A stretch of 64,000 nucleotides of DNA from an uncultured Actinomycetota bacterium (GTDB lineage: Bacteria > Actinomycetota > Actinomycetes > JAFAQI01), in contig CAVYQE010000001.1 of NCBI GenBank assembly GCA_963770565.1, forward strand, positions 544,001-608,000, given 5' to 3'. The notes under the pieces are model-generated. The model had not been told where the DNA came from. It saw nothing but the letters and a program-made list of their open reading frames with translations, and made no database searches. This document shows, in pieces, positions 19,926 through 32,128 of the stretch. Numbering within the stretch: the stretch's first letter is position 1; each line of letters opens with the position of its first letter. A program made the translations under genes and the position numbers.

Positions 19926-20866
19926 AGGTGGAGCCGGCGGTCGCCGCGATCAGGGTCGCGGTGCGCGAGTGCCTGACCGACCTGCCGAGCGGCGAGCTGG
20001 TCCTGGCCGCGGTCAGCGGCGGCGCCGACTCGCTGGCGCTGGCCGCCGCGCTCGCGCACGAAGCGCCGCGGCTGGAGCTGCGGGCCGGGGCGGTCACGGT
20101 CGATCACGGGCTGCAGGACGGGTCGCCGGAGCGGGCCGCCGATGTCGCGGCGACCTGCGCCGATCTCGACCTCGATCCGGTGGTCATCGAGTCGGTGACG
20201 GTCGGTAACGAGGGCGGCCCGGAGGGAGCGGCGCGCGAAGCGCGGTACGCCGCGTTGAACGACGTGGCGACCCGCACCGGCGCGATCGCGGTCCTGCTGG
20301 GGCACACCCTCGACGACCAGGCCGAGACCGTGCTGCTCAGCCTCGCGCGGGGGTCCGGGGCACGGTCGCTGTCGGGCATGCCCCCGCAGCGGGAGCGGTT
20401 CCGGCGACCGCTGTTGGCGATCCGGCGGGTGACGACGAACGAGGCGTGCCAGGCCCTCGACCTCGTCCCGTGGGCCGACCCGCACAACTCCGACCCGGCC
20501 TTCGCCCGGGCTCGGGTCCGCCAGCAGGTGCTGCCGGCGATGGTCGACGCGCTCGGCGACGGGATCCCGGAGGCGCTGGCCCGCACCGCCGCGCTGCTGC
20601 GCGACGACGCCGATGCGCTCGACGAGTGGGCCAAGACGATCACCGACCCGACCGACGTCGGTGCACTGTCCGAGTTGCCGAGCGCGGTGCGCAGGCGGGT
20701 CATTCGCAACGCCGCGTTCGCAGCGGGTGTCCCGGCCAGCAGCCTTACCGCCAGTCACGTCCACGAAATCGAGCGGCTTGTGACCCACTGGCACGGCCAA
20801 GGCGCCGTGAGCCTACCCGGGGGCTTGGTGGCAGATCGGTCGTATGACAGGCTTTCGTTCCGATGA
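19922..20866 (+). CDS. tilS: tRNA(Ile)-lysidine synthetase
   Basis: PP-loop [22 protein letters not shown] and DPHN. Confidence 0.95.
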   Translation: MKVEPAVAAIRVAVRECLTDLPSGELVLAAVSGGADSLALAAALAHEAPRLELRAGAVTVDHGLQDGSPERAADVAATCADLDLDPVVIESVTVGNEGGPEGAAREARYAALNDVATRTGAIAVLLGHTLDDQAETVLLSLARGSGARSLSGMPPQRERFRRPLLAIRRVTTNEACQALDLVPWADPHNSDPAFARARVRQQVLPAMVDALGDGIPEALARTAALLRDDADALDEWAKTITDPTDVGALSELPSAVRRRVIRNAAFAAGVPASSLTASHVHEIERLVTHWHGQGAVSLPGGLVADRSYDRLSFR

Positions 20867-21453
20867 CCGCGCCGCTTCTTCCGATGGAATCGATGGCCGA
20901 ACAACCTGCCGATCTGCATCCAGATATCGAGGCGGTCCTGGTCTCCCAGGAACAGATCGCCGAGAAGATCACCGAGATGGCCGCGAAGATCGACGCGGAC
21001 TATGCCGGCCGCGAGGTGCTCCTGGTCGGGGTGCTGAAGGGCGCCGTCATGGTCATGGCCGACCTGGCCCGGGCGCTGACGATTCCGGTCTCGATGGAGT
21101 TCATGGCGGTGTCGTCGTACGGATCGTCGACGTCGTCATCCGGGGTCGTGCGGATCCTCAAGGACCTCGACTGCGACATCAGCGGATGCCACGTGCTGGT
21201 GGTGGAGGACATCATCGACTCCGGGCTGACGCTGTCGTGGCTGCTGCGCAACCTGCGGTCGCGCCAGCCGGCGTCGGTCGAGGTCGTGGCCCTGCTGCGC
21301 AAGCCGGAGGCGGCCCAGGTCGAGGTGCCGGTCGGCTACATGGGGTTCGACATCCCGAGCGTGTTCGTGGTGGGTTACGGCCTGGACTACGCCCAGCGCT
21401 ATCGGGGCCTGCCGTATGTGGGCACTTTGCGCCCCGAGGTGTATTCCAGCTAG
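20863..21453 (+). CDS. hpt: Hypoxanthine phosphoribosyltransferase
   Basis: [19 protein letters not shown] and FVVGYGLDY. Confidence 0.96.
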   Translation: MTAPLLPMESMAEQPADLHPDIEAVLVSQEQIAEKITEMAAKIDADYAGREVLLVGVLKGAVMVMADLARALTIPVSMEFMAVSSYGSSTSSSGVVRILKDLDCDISGCHVLVVEDIIDSGLTLSWLLRNLRSRQPASVEVVALLRKPEAAQVEVPVGYMGFDIPSVFVVGYGLDYAQRYRGLPYVGTLRPEVYSS

Positions 21454-21582
21454 GGCGCCACCGCTCCACAGCTCCCGAATGGGCCCGGCGCAGTTCAGTC
21501 AGCCGGTGTACCGTCGATACTTGCGGAGGAGTGTTTTTCCGGCCTTCGTGATCAACCGCGTCCGCAGCGTCGAGCAGGAGCC

Positions 21583-23691
<2,109 letters not shown>

Positions 23692-23702
23692 CCGAAGCCA
23701 CC

Positions 23703-24533
23703 GTGCGGGGGTTGCCGGACTTCGGGCGATGCCTGGTGATGGGTGTCGTCAACGTCACACCGGACTCGTTCAGCGACGGCGGCCGCCACTACGAGACCAG
23801 CTCCGCGATCGACCACGGCCTCGCGCTGGTGGCCGATGGCGCCGATCTCGTCGACGTGGGCGGGGAATCGACCCGCCCGGGCGCTGATCGGGTCGATCCG
23901 GCCGAGGAGGCCCGCCGGGTGCTCCCCGTCGTACGGGAGCTCGCCGCCGCCGGGATCCGGGTGAGCATCGACACGATGCGCCGGGAGACCGCCGAGGCGG
24001 CCCTGGCAGCCGGCGCGGTCATGGTCAACGACGTGTCGGGTGGTGCGGCCGATCCCGGGTTGCCCCGCCTGGTCGCCGAGGCAGCAGTTCCGTACGTCGT
24101 CATGCACTGGCGCGGACACAGCGCGGACATGCAGCAGCGGGCGGAGTACGCCGACGTCGTGGCCGAGGTCTGCGCTGAGCTCTCGCAACGACTCGACGCG
24201 GTGGTCGCCGCCGGCGTCGATCCCGACCAGGTGGTGCTCGACCCGGGGATCGGCTTTGCGAAGACCGCGGCTCACAACTGGGCGCTGCTGGCGCACCTGG
24301 AGCGGCTGGTCGCGATCGGGCCGCCACTCCTGGTCGGTGCGAGCCGGAAGTCGTTCCTCGGCACGCTGCTCGCTCGCGACGGCGAGCCGCGGGACAGCGA
24401 CCATCGCGCGGACGCCACGGTGGCGATCACCGCGCTGGCGGCTGCCGCCGGTGCGTGGGGGGTGCGGGTGCACGACGTACCCGGCAACGCCGACGCGGTG
24501 CGGGTGGTCTCCGCCATCCTCGAGGCGCGGTGA
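23703..24533 (+). CDS. folP: Dihydropteroate synthase
   Basis: MGVVNVTPDSFSDGG, GGESTRPG, DPGIGFAK, SRKSF and RVHDV. Confidence 0.97.
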   Translation: MRGLPDFGRCLVMGVVNVTPDSFSDGGRHYETSSAIDHGLALVADGADLVDVGGESTRPGADRVDPAEEARRVLPVVRELAAAGIRVSIDTMRRETAEAALAAGAVMVNDVSGGAADPGLPRLVAEAAVPYVVMHWRGHSADMQQRAEYADVVAEVCAELSQRLDAVVAAGVDPDQVVLDPGIGFAKTAAHNWALLAHLERLVAIGPPLLVGASRKSFLGTLLARDGEPRDSDHRADATVAITALAAAAGAWGVRVHDVPGNADAVRVVSAILEAR

Positions 24534-24961
24534 GTGGCGTGGGTGATGTCGAGGACGTGACCGAGGCCAACGCGCAGTTCTACGCCGCGATCGAGTCCGG
24601 CGACCTCGGGCGGATCGAGCAGCTGTGGGACGCCGGCGACGACGTCGTGTGTGTGCATCCGGGCTGGCCCTCGGTGCGGGGACGGTCCCGGGTGCTTCGG
24701 TCGTGGGCGGTGATCATGGCCAACACCTCCTACATACAGTTCTTCCTCACCGGGGTTGATGTGAGCATGGCTGGCGACGTCGCCGTGGTCACCTGCCAGC
24801 ACAGCTTGCTGGCCGGGAGCACGGACGCCGAAGGCGAGTTGGGCGAGACTGCAACGGTGGTGGCCACCAATATGTTTCGGCGGCGGGAGCAGGGCTGGCG
24901 GCTGTGGGCCCATCATGCTTCTCCTGTGATGACCGCGAGCGAGGAAGGGCAGGCAACATGA
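24530..24961 (+). CDS. NTF2/SnoaL-like protein
   Basis: ANAQFYAAIE, CVHPGW, ATNMFRR and HHASP; GTG overlaps the folP stop. Confidence 0.8.
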   Translation: MSGVGDVEDVTEANAQFYAAIESGDLGRIEQLWDAGDDVVCVHPGWPSVRGRSRVLRSWAVIMANTSYIQFFLTGVDVSMAGDVAVVTCQHSLLAGSTDAEGELGETATVVATNMFRRREQGWRLWAHHASPVMTASEEGQAT

Positions 24962-25323
24962 CCGACACGATCTCGCTGCGTGGACTGCGGGTCCGGGGCT
25001 TCCACGGCGTGCTGCCGGAGGAGCGCCGGGTCGGGCAGCTGTTCGTCGTCGACGTCGACCTCTCGGTCGACACCCGGCTGGCGGCCACTGAGGACGACGT
25101 GGCGGCCACCGTCGACTACTCGACCCTGGCGCATCTGCTCGCGGAGGTCATCGGAGGCGAGCCGGTCGCGCTGATCGAGACGCTCGCGCAACGGCTGGCC
25201 GACGTCTGTCTCGGTGACCCGATGGTGCACGCCGTCGAGGTCACGGTGCACAAGCCAGACGCCCCGGTCGGCCTGCCGGTCAGCGACGTGATGGTGACGA
25301 TCCAGCGAGAGCGTCACGAGTGA
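24958..25323 (+). CDS. folB: Dihydroneopterin aldolase
   Basis: GFHGVLPEER, TVDYS, LIETLA and VHKP. Confidence 0.95.
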   Translation: MTDTISLRGLRVRGFHGVLPEERRVGQLFVVDVDLSVDTRLAATEDDVAATVDYSTLAHLLAEVIGGEPVALIETLAQRLADVCLGDPMVHAVEVTVHKPDAPVGLPVSDVMVTIQRERHE

Positions 25324-25805
25324 CGGCGGTGGTCTCGCTCGGCACCAATCTCGGTGACCGGATGGCCCGGCTACGGGCCGGTCTGGAAGTCATCGCGCAG
25401 CAAGTGCCGGTTCGCGCGGTCTCACCGGTCTACGAGACCGCGCCGGTCGGTGTCACCGATCAGCCCGCCTACCTCAACGCGGTCGCGCTGCTCGACAGCG
25501 ACGACCCGGAGGCGGTCTTCACCGCGACCCAGGCCGCCGAGCAGTCCCAGGGCCGGCTGCGCTCCAGGCGCTGGGGCCCGCGGACCCTGGATGTCGACGT
25601 CATCGCGGTCGATGCCGTGATCAGCGATGACCCGCGACTGACCCTGCCGCATCCACGCGCCTACGAGCGCGGTTTCGTACTCACCCCATGGCTCGCCGTC
25701 GACCCGGCCGCGAGCCTGCCGGGCCGCGGCTCGGTCCGCGCCCTGCTCAGCGGGCTCGGTCCGCAGCAGGTCCGGCGGGTGGCCGACCCGTTGCCCTTGC
25801 CGTGA
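25320..25805 (+). CDS. folK: 2-amino-4-hydroxy-6-hydroxymethyldihydropteridine diphosphokinase
   Basis: SLGTNLGDR, YETAP, RWGPRTLDVD and LPHPR. Confidence 0.95.
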   Translation: MTAVVSLGTNLGDRMARLRAGLEVIAQQVPVRAVSPVYETAPVGVTDQPAYLNAVALLDSDDPEAVFTATQAAEQSQGRLRSRRWGPRTLDVDVIAVDAVISDDPRLTLPHPRAYERGFVLTPWLAVDPAASLPGRGSVRALLSGLGPQQVRRVADPLPLP

Positions 25806-26272
25806 TGAAGCCCACGAGAGCATCGCTACTGCTGCTGGTCGCCGTAGTGGCCGGCGGGATCGCGTACCTGGTCACCCGGTCGCAGTTCAACAGCCTTCCG
25901 ACGCCGACCATCTACGCGTTGTCCTGGCTCGTGTTGCTGGCGTTCGCGGAGCTGTACATGGCGTTGATGACCCGGGCCAGGCTGGCCGGCCGGCACGGCA
26001 CCCGGCCGATCAACCCGCTGGTCGTCGCGCGACTGGTCGCCCTCGCGAAGGCGTCGTCGATCGTCGGCGCGGTCGCCACCGGCGGGTACGCCGGATACCT
26101 GGCCTGGGTGGCCAAGATCGATTCAGTGACCGCCGACCGGGACACCCGGACCGCGGCGTTCGGAGTGGGTTTCGGGCTGGTCCTCGTGGCCGGCGCGTTG
26201 TTCCTGGAACGGGTCTGCCGGGTGCCCAAGGGCAAGGACGACGACGAATGGGAGCCACCGGCCGGCGACTGA
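25805..26272 (+). CDS. Membrane protein, DUF3180-like
   Basis: ARLVALAKAS and LERVCRVP motifs; 4 TMs; conserved position after folK. Confidence 0.8.
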   Translation: MKPTRASLLLLVAVVAGGIAYLVTRSQFNSLPTPTIYALSWLVLLAFAELYMALMTRARLAGRHGTRPINPLVVARLVALAKASSIVGAVATGGYAGYLAWVAKIDSVTADRDTRTAAFGVGFGLVLVAGALFLERVCRVPKGKDDDEWEPPAGD

Positions 26273-26292
26273 GGCCGGTAGGCTTCGCTGCC

Positions 26293-26598
26293 ATGCCCAA
26301 CGACTCGAGTGATCAGTCGCCCACGGTCGCCGAGCTCGAGGCGCTGACGACCGCCGAACTTCGTGAGCGGGCGTTCGCCCGCGCCGAGCGACACCGCGAC
26401 ATCGGCTTCTTCTGGGACCTGGTCAAGCACCTGCCGTCGAGCGAGAGCCTCGGCGCTGACGACGGCTCGGCCGGCGGGCTGGGCGAGAGCATCAGTGGCG
26501 CGGTCGAGCTGGCCCAGGAGCTGCTCGGCCGGCACGAAGGCTCGCTCGAGCCCTTGCTCCGGGCCCGCTACATCGAATACCTGCGCACCGGCGACTGA
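26293..26598 (+). CDS. Hypothetical protein
   Basis: 101-aa ORF with host-like codon usage filling the gap (DIGFFWDL, RARYIEYL). Confidence 0.65.
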   Translation: MPNDSSDQSPTVAELEALTTAELRERAFARAERHRDIGFFWDLVKHLPSSESLGADDGSAGGLGESISGAVELAQELLGRHEGSLEPLLRARYIEYLRTGD

Positions 26599-26606
26599 CT
26601 GCCGGG

Positions 26607-28193
26607 TCAGCTCACCGCGGCTCTGGCAACCTTCGAAGGGCGGCTGTCGCCCACCACGTTCTCGGCCACCACTCGTACGTCGTAGGTGTGACCGGCGCTG
26701 AGTCCGGTGATCGTGACCCGTCGGTGGCGCGCGGCGACGAGCGTCGAGGCGAAGTGGCAGCCCAACGCGCCGGGACGGCAGGTCGCGTACTCGACCCGGT
26801 ACTTGCGGATCGGCCGGCCGCCGTCCTGGGTCGGCTTCGACCAGCCAACCGAGATCGCGTGGTCACCACCGACCGCGAGCACACTGCGCGGTGCGGTCGG
26901 CACGGACAGCGGGGTCAGGGACGCCGACCGCGCGCCGGGCGACCCGCCGAAGACGTTGACCGCCTGCACGAGGAAGGAATAGGTCCGGCCGTACTGCAGG
27001 TGGTGGATCGTGGTGTGGGTCTTGGTCGTCGTGAGACCGAACACGCCTTCGCCACCTCCCGAGCCCACTGTGACGCCGTGACCCAGCCTGACGATCGTTT
27101 CGACCTCGTAGCCGAGCAGACCACCGCCGCTGACCGTCGGCGCGTCCCAGCGGACGGTGGCTGATCGGTGGTGGACGACGGCCCGGACGTTCGTCGGGGC
27201 GCCCGGCGGCACGCCGGTCACGGTGAGAGCCGCGGGCTGGCCAGGGCCCGAGCCGACGCCGGTGATGGTGCGGATCGGTGCGGCGTCGCCGTGTGCGTTG
27301 GTGCCGAACACGCTGACCGTGTGGCTCGTGGCATCGGCGACCTCCAGCTCGCCGATCGCGTCGATGGCGAGCCCGCTCGGGTCATCGATTCCGGTGTCCG
27401 TGCCCTTCAGGACCGCCAGGGCCGGTGTCCTGGGGCCACCGAACAGCGAGATCAGCTCCGTCACCGAATGCGCGCCGCCGTCAGCGACCCAGAGCAGGAA
27501 GCCGGCGCTGGCGATCGCGGTCGGCGCGCTGAAGGCATGCGCGGTCGTGCCCTTCACCACGGTCAGGGGCGCGATGTTGCCGTACCGGTCGCTGAGGTAC
27601 GACGTGAGGCTCGACGCACCGATGGTCGGTGTGTTGAGAACCGTGATCAACGGGAGGCCGATGGCAACGGTGATGGCGATCGGGTGATCGAGCTGCGTCT
27701 TGGGGCCCGCGATCGTCTCGGCCGGCAGGACGTTGCCGCTGGTGCCCGGGCTGAACGCCTCGACCGTGTTCGCCGAGGGGTTGGTGATCCAGACCTGCCC
27801 GGAACCGATCGTCACCGAGCTCGGGCCATCGAGTCCGGTCTGCGGGCCTGAGATCGTGGCCTTGGGAGCCGTGTCGCCCTGGGTGCCGGCGGCGTACTCG
27901 GTGATCGAGTCGCTGAGCGAGTTGGCGACATAGATCGTGCCCGAGGGCCCGACCGCTACTCCGGTGGGGCCGTCAAGTCCGGTGCTCCCGCCGGCGATTG
28001 TGGCGACCGGCGCGGCCGCGCCCGACGCGTCGGCGGCGTATGCGGTCAGGCTGTTGGCCGCGGTGTCGACCGTCCAGGTGACGCCGTACGACGGGGCCGC
28101 GTCGGAGTGCCGACCGGCGGCCGCTGCGCCTACGCCCGGCGTCACGATGCTGGCGGCGACAATTGCGCCGATCACGACTGAGGTGCGACGCAT
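26607..28193 (-). CDS. Secreted protein with NHL-like beta-propeller repeats and two fibronectin type III domains
   Basis: Signal peptide; repeats of type GxxTGLDGPxGVAV...YVAN; Fn3 motifs PGAPTNV...WDAP...YEV...LQYGRTYSFLVQAVN and PTAPRSV...LSAGHTYDVRVVAEN. Confidence 0.85.
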   Translation of the reverse strand: MRRTSVVIGAIVAASIVTPGVGAAAAGRHSDAAPSYGVTWTVDTAANSLTAYAADASGAAAPVATIAGGSTGLDGPTGVAVGPSGTIYVANSLSDSITEYAAGTQGDTAPKATISGPQTGLDGPSSVTIGSGQVWITNPSANTVEAFSPGTSGNVLPAETIAGPKTQLDHPIAITVAIGLPLITVLNTPTIGASSLTSYLSDRYGNIAPLTVVKGTTAHAFSAPTAIASAGFLLWVADGGAHSVTELISLFGGPRTPALAVLKGTDTGIDDPSGLAIDAIGELEVADATSHTVSVFGTNAHGDAAPIRTITGVGSGPGQPAALTVTGVPPGAPTNVRAVVHHRSATVRWDAPTVSGGGLLGYEVETIVRLGHGVTVGSGGGEGVFGLTTTKTHTTIHHLQYGRTYSFLVQAVNVFGGSPGARSASLTPLSVPTAPRSVLAVGGDHAISVGWSKPTQDGGRPIRKYRVEYATCRPGALGCHFASTLVAARHRRVTITGLSAGHTYDVRVVAENVVGDSRPSKVARAAVS

Positions 28194-28259
28194 CGGCCCA
28201 ACCTAGAGGGTTTCGGTGATCTTGGGGCAGTTTCACGAAATCGAAGCCGGGCCCCGCGA

Positions 28260-29372
28260 TCAGTTGCGGCTTCGCGCCATCGTGACGACATCGCCGGCGG
28301 TGAGAACGCCGAGGTAGTGGCCGCGCTCCGTGACGATGGCGCCCGGCGCGTTGCCGGCCAGGATCGCGGCCAGCGCCCGCTCGAGGCTCTCGCCCACCTC
28401 GACCGTGTCGGCCGGCTCGAGCCGATCGCCCGCGGTGCCGCCGCCACCGGCGTCCGTGCGGGCCAGCCAGCCGTCGACCGTGCTGTCCTCGCAGACGACC
28501 GCCCACGATGCCTCTGCCGCGTCCATGAGCGCGATGCAGTCGGCCAATCGATCCTTGGGTCCGACGGTGGGCCAGCGATGCAGGCCGGTCGCCCGCACAT
28601 CGACGACCGAGAGCCGGCGCAGGGTGCGCTCGGCGCCCACGAAATCGGCCACGAAGTCGGTCGCCGGGTCGGAGAGCAACGTGGCGGGGTCGGCGAACTG
28701 CTCGAGGTGACCGCCCTCGCGCATGACCGCGATCCGGTCGCCGAGCCGGATCGCTTCGTCGATGTCGTGGGTGACGAACACCACGGTCGTGCACACCTGC
28801 TCGTGCAGTCGCAGGAACTCGGCCTGTAGCCGGTCGCGGGCGATCGGGTCGACCGCGGCGAATGGCTCGTCCATCAGCAGCACGGGCGGGTCGGCCGCGA
28901 GCGCCCGAGCGACGCCGACACGTTGCCGCTGGCCGCCGGAGAGCTCCTGCGGGTAGCGCTTGCCGTACGCCGCATCGAGGCCGACGAGCTCGAGCAGCTC
29001 ACTGACCCGGGCCTTCGCCCTGGCCCTGTTCCACCCGAGCAAGGTCGGCACGGTCGCGATGTTGGTGGCGACGGTCTGGTGCGGAAACAGCCCGACCTGC
29101 TGGATGACGTAGCCGATCCGGCGACGTAGTTGCACCGGATCGACGCTCGTGACGTCGTCGCCGTCGACCAGGATCCGGCCGCCAGAGGGCTCGACCAGCC
29201 GGTTGATCATCCGCATCGTCGTGGTCTTGCCGCACCCCGAAGGCCCGACCAGGACCGCGATCTCGCCGGCCGCGATGTCGAGGGAGAGCGCTTCGACCGC
29301 CACCGTGCCGTCGGGGTACTCCTTGCGTACGCCGTCGAGAAGAATGCTCGCACCGGCTCCGCTAGCGTCCAC
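28260..29372 (-). CDS. Osmoprotectant (glycine betaine/choline) ABC transporter ATPase with C-terminal CBS pair
   Basis: GPSGCGKTT, LSGGQRQR and LLMDEPF; start chosen at GTG 29372 (AGGAGG upstream); ATG 29381 is an alternative. Confidence 0.9.
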   Translation of the reverse strand: MDASGAGASILLDGVRKEYPDGTVAVEALSLDIAAGEIAVLVGPSGCGKTTTMRMINRLVEPSGGRILVDGDDVTSVDPVQLRRRIGYVIQQVGLFPHQTVATNIATVPTLLGWNRARAKARVSELLELVGLDAAYGKRYPQELSGGQRQRVGVARALAADPPVLLMDEPFAAVDPIARDRLQAEFLRLHEQVCTTVVFVTHDIDEAIRLGDRIAVMREGGHLEQFADPATLLSDPATDFVADFVGAERTLRRLSVVDVRATGLHRWPTVGPKDRLADCIALMDAAEASWAVVCEDSTVDGWLARTDAGGGGTAGDRLEPADTVEVGESLERALAAILAGNAPGAIVTERGHYLGVLTAGDVVTMARSRN

Positions 29373-29408
29373 CTCGTGCATCCTCCTGCCGGCGGTTTCA
29401 CCCTTCAC

Positions 29409-30065
29409 GTGGGCAACCCGTGGTTCAGCTGGCACTACGTCACCAGCAATTGGAGCACGATCGAGTCGGCCGGCCGCGAACACGTCATCTTGACATTGCT
29501 CTCCGTCGGCATCGGGTTCGGCGTCGCCTTGCCCATCTCGGCGGTGGCGCGTCAGTCGCCGTGGTTGCGGACGCTCGTGCTCGGCACGACGAGTGCGTTG
29601 TACGCAATACCGTCGCTGGCCGCGATTGTCGCGCTGTATCCGTTCTTCGGGTTCAGCCGCTGGACGGTCGTGATCCCGCTGGCGGCGTACTCGCTGGTGA
29701 TCCTCGTGCGCAACATCCTGACCGGGCTGGACGGGGTGCCGGTCGAGGCGATCGAGGCGGCGACCGGGATGGGGTTCTCGAGCTTCGGCACATTCTTGCG
29801 GGTGCGGCTGCCGCTGGCGGTGCCGACGATCGTCGCCGGGCTGCGGCTGGCCACCGTGTCGACGATCGAGCTCGTCGTGATCGGTGGGTACGTCGGCACC
29901 GGAGGCTTCGGCGAGTTCATCATCGAGGGCTTCGAGAACAACTTCTACAAGGCCGAGATCACGACGTACATCATCGCGACGGTCCTGCTCGCCCTGATCG
30001 CCGACGCGCTGTTGCTCTTGGCGCAGCGGGCGGTCACGCCGTGGGCCCGGCGCGGGGCGGCCTGA
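29409..30065 (+). CDS. Osmoprotectant ABC transporter permease
   Basis: YAIPSLA, EAA loop EAATGMG, VRLPLAVP and GGFG; start GTG 29409 or 29376. Confidence 0.88.
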   Translation: MGNPWFSWHYVTSNWSTIESAGREHVILTLLSVGIGFGVALPISAVARQSPWLRTLVLGTTSALYAIPSLAAIVALYPFFGFSRWTVVIPLAAYSLVILVRNILTGLDGVPVEAIEAATGMGFSSFGTFLRVRLPLAVPTIVAGLRLATVSTIELVVIGGYVGTGGFGEFIIEGFENNFYKAEITTYIIATVLLALIADALLLLAQRAVTPWARRGAA

Positions 30066-30802
30066 TGGCGAACCACAGCATCCCGCACCAGATCGCGACC
30101 TGGTTCTCGACGCGGTCGAGCTACACCGGCAGCAACGGCGCGGTGTTGCGGCTGGAACAGCACCTCGAGATCTCAGCGCTGGCGATCGGGCTGGCGGCGG
30201 TCGTCTCGATCCCGCTGGGCATCGCGCTGGCCCGCTGGCGGCGTGGCGGGGTGGTGGTCACGAGCATCGCGAACGCGGCCCGCGCGATCCCGATTCTCGG
30301 GATCCTGATCCTGCTGGCGGTCGGCACGCTCGGCGTCGGCACCGCGTCGGCCGTCGTGGCACTGGCGATCTTCGCGGTCCCGCCGATGCTCACCAACACC
30401 TTCACCGGGATCCAGCAGGTCGATCAGGACACCCGGCGGGCTGCCGTGGGGATGGGGATGACGCGCTGGCAGCTGACCCGACGGGTCGAGGTGCCGCTCG
30501 CGATCCCGCTGATCGCCACCGGCTTCCGGCTCGCGACCGTCCAGGTCTGGGCTACGGCGACGCTGGCGGCGATCGTCGGCAGCGGTGGCCTCGGGCAGCT
30601 GGTCATCACCGGCCGGGAGATCCAGGACTACGGCGAACTGTACGGCGGGGTGGTGTTCATCGTCGTGACCGCGCTGATGATCGAGGGTGGGCTGGCGCTC
30701 GTCGAACGCGCGCTGCGCCGCCGGTTCGGCGACAGCGGTGCCCAGCGGCCGCCGGGGATGGCCGTGGCGAGCGTGGAACCGGTTGCGAGCAGGCTCCGGT
30801 GA
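30065..30802 (+). CDS. Osmoprotectant ABC transporter permease
   Basis: RAIPILG, AAVGMGMT, VEVPLAIP and GGLG. Confidence 0.88.
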   Translation: MANHSIPHQIATWFSTRSSYTGSNGAVLRLEQHLEISALAIGLAAVVSIPLGIALARWRRGGVVVTSIANAARAIPILGILILLAVGTLGVGTASAVVALAIFAVPPMLTNTFTGIQQVDQDTRRAAVGMGMTRWQLTRRVEVPLAIPLIATGFRLATVQVWATATLAAIVGSGGLGQLVITGREIQDYGELYGGVVFIVVTALMIEGGLALVERALRRRFGDSGAQRPPGMAVASVEPVASRLR

Positions 30803-30949
30803 CGGTCACGGTCGGGTATCAATAGCGACCGGGTCCGATATCCCGGTTGGCGGTGTCAGTGGGGCGTGCCAGGATCGGTTCGTGCGGGGAAACCCGCCAG
30901 GACACGCGCGGCCAGCCCGGCCGCGGGACACAGAAGGCGGCTGATCCCC

Positions 30950-31927
30950 ATGCCAAGACTCCCTCGTCGTTCACTGCTCGGTTTCACCGCAGCCTCTATC
31001 GTGCTCGCGCTCAGCGCCGCCGCCTGTGGCTCGTCGAGCAGTGGGGGCAAGCTCTCGACGACCTCCGTGCCGACGTTCTGCGGCTCGACCGCGGGGTCGG
31101 GCAGCGTGGTCATCGGGGCGTTCAACTTCTCCGAGTCCGAGCTGCTCGCCAACATCTACGCCGCAGCGCTCAACAAGTGCGGGTTCTCCGCGACCGTGAA
31201 GGCGCTCGGCGCGCGCGAGGTGGTCTACCCCGCGTTGAAGAAGGGCTCGCTCGCCGCCGTGCCCGAGTACGCCGCGACGCTGACCGACTTCATCAATGAC
31301 GCCGCCAACGGTGCGAACGCGCCGAGCAAGGCGTCGGGCAACATCGACACCACCATGGTGGCGCTGCGGGCCGAGCTGCCCGCGAACCTGGTCGCGCTCG
31401 ACCCGGCATCTGCGACCGACAAGAACTCCTTCGCGGTCAAGTCGAGCTTTGCGACCGCCAACAACATCACGACGATGTCGCAGCTCGGGACCTACTCCCA
31501 GTCCCACCCGCTGACCCTCGGCGGTCCGGCCGAGTGCCAGACCCGGCCGTTCTGCGAGCCCGGCCTGAAGCAGACCTACGGGATGAAGTTCTCTAAGTTC
31601 GTCACGCTCGATGCCGGCGGCCCGCTCACCGTGAAGGCGCTCAAGCAGGGCAAGATCGACATCGGTCTGGTCTTCAGCTCCGACCCGACTGTCGAGCAGG
31701 CCGGCCTGACCGTGCTGACCGACGACAAGAACCTGCAGGCGTCGGACAACATCGTGGCGATCGTGCAGAAGAAGTACTCGACCGGCCCGTTCGCCACTGC
31801 CCTCAACGCGGTCGACTCCAAGCTGACCCAGGACGTCCTGGTCGGCCTCAACAAGTCAGTCGGCATCGACCGCACCCCGATCCCAACCGCCGCGTCCGCG
31901 TTCCTCACCCAGGTCGGCCTGTCCTAG
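30950..31927 (+). CDS. Osmoprotectant ABC transporter substrate-binding lipoprotein
   Basis: Lipobox AAAC, FSESELLANIY, PEYA, CQTRPFC and LTDDKNLQ. Confidence 0.9.
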   Translation: MPRLPRRSLLGFTAASIVLALSAAACGSSSSGGKLSTTSVPTFCGSTAGSGSVVIGAFNFSESELLANIYAAALNKCGFSATVKALGAREVVYPALKKGSLAAVPEYAATLTDFINDAANGANAPSKASGNIDTTMVALRAELPANLVALDPASATDKNSFAVKSSFATANNITTMSQLGTYSQSHPLTLGGPAECQTRPFCEPGLKQTYGMKFSKFVTLDAGGPLTVKALKQGKIDIGLVFSSDPTVEQAGLTVLTDDKNLQASDNIVAIVQKKYSTGPFATALNAVDSKLTQDVLVGLNKSVGIDRTPIPTAASAFLTQVGLS

Positions 31928-31936
31928 CCGCGAGGC

Positions 31937-32118
31937 CAGCGGCACAGCTGCACCGCTGCCGGCGTTCTCGGTCGCTTGCGGGCGTCAGCCCGCGGCGCTC
32001 CCTGCGGCCTTGGCAGCGGCACAGCTGCACCGCTGCCGGCGTTCTCGGTCGCTTGCGGGCGTCAGCCCGCGGCGCTCCCTGCGGCCTTGGCAGCGGCACA
32101 GCTGCACCGCTGCCGGCG
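31937..32118. repeat. 77-bp tandem repeat, ~2.4 identical copies, each with two hairpins (VNTR/MIRU-like)
   Basis: Units start at 31937, 32014 and 32091; hairpins GGCAGCGG/CCGCTGCC and GCGGGC/GCCCGC. Confidence 0.92.
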
Positions 32119-32128
32119 CCGGAGCGAG

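Noticed and set aside
31937-32118. Possible mini-CRISPR (28-bp palindromic repeat x3)
   Set aside because: The two 49-bp intervening sequences are identical and no cas genes are present; it is a tandem repeat.
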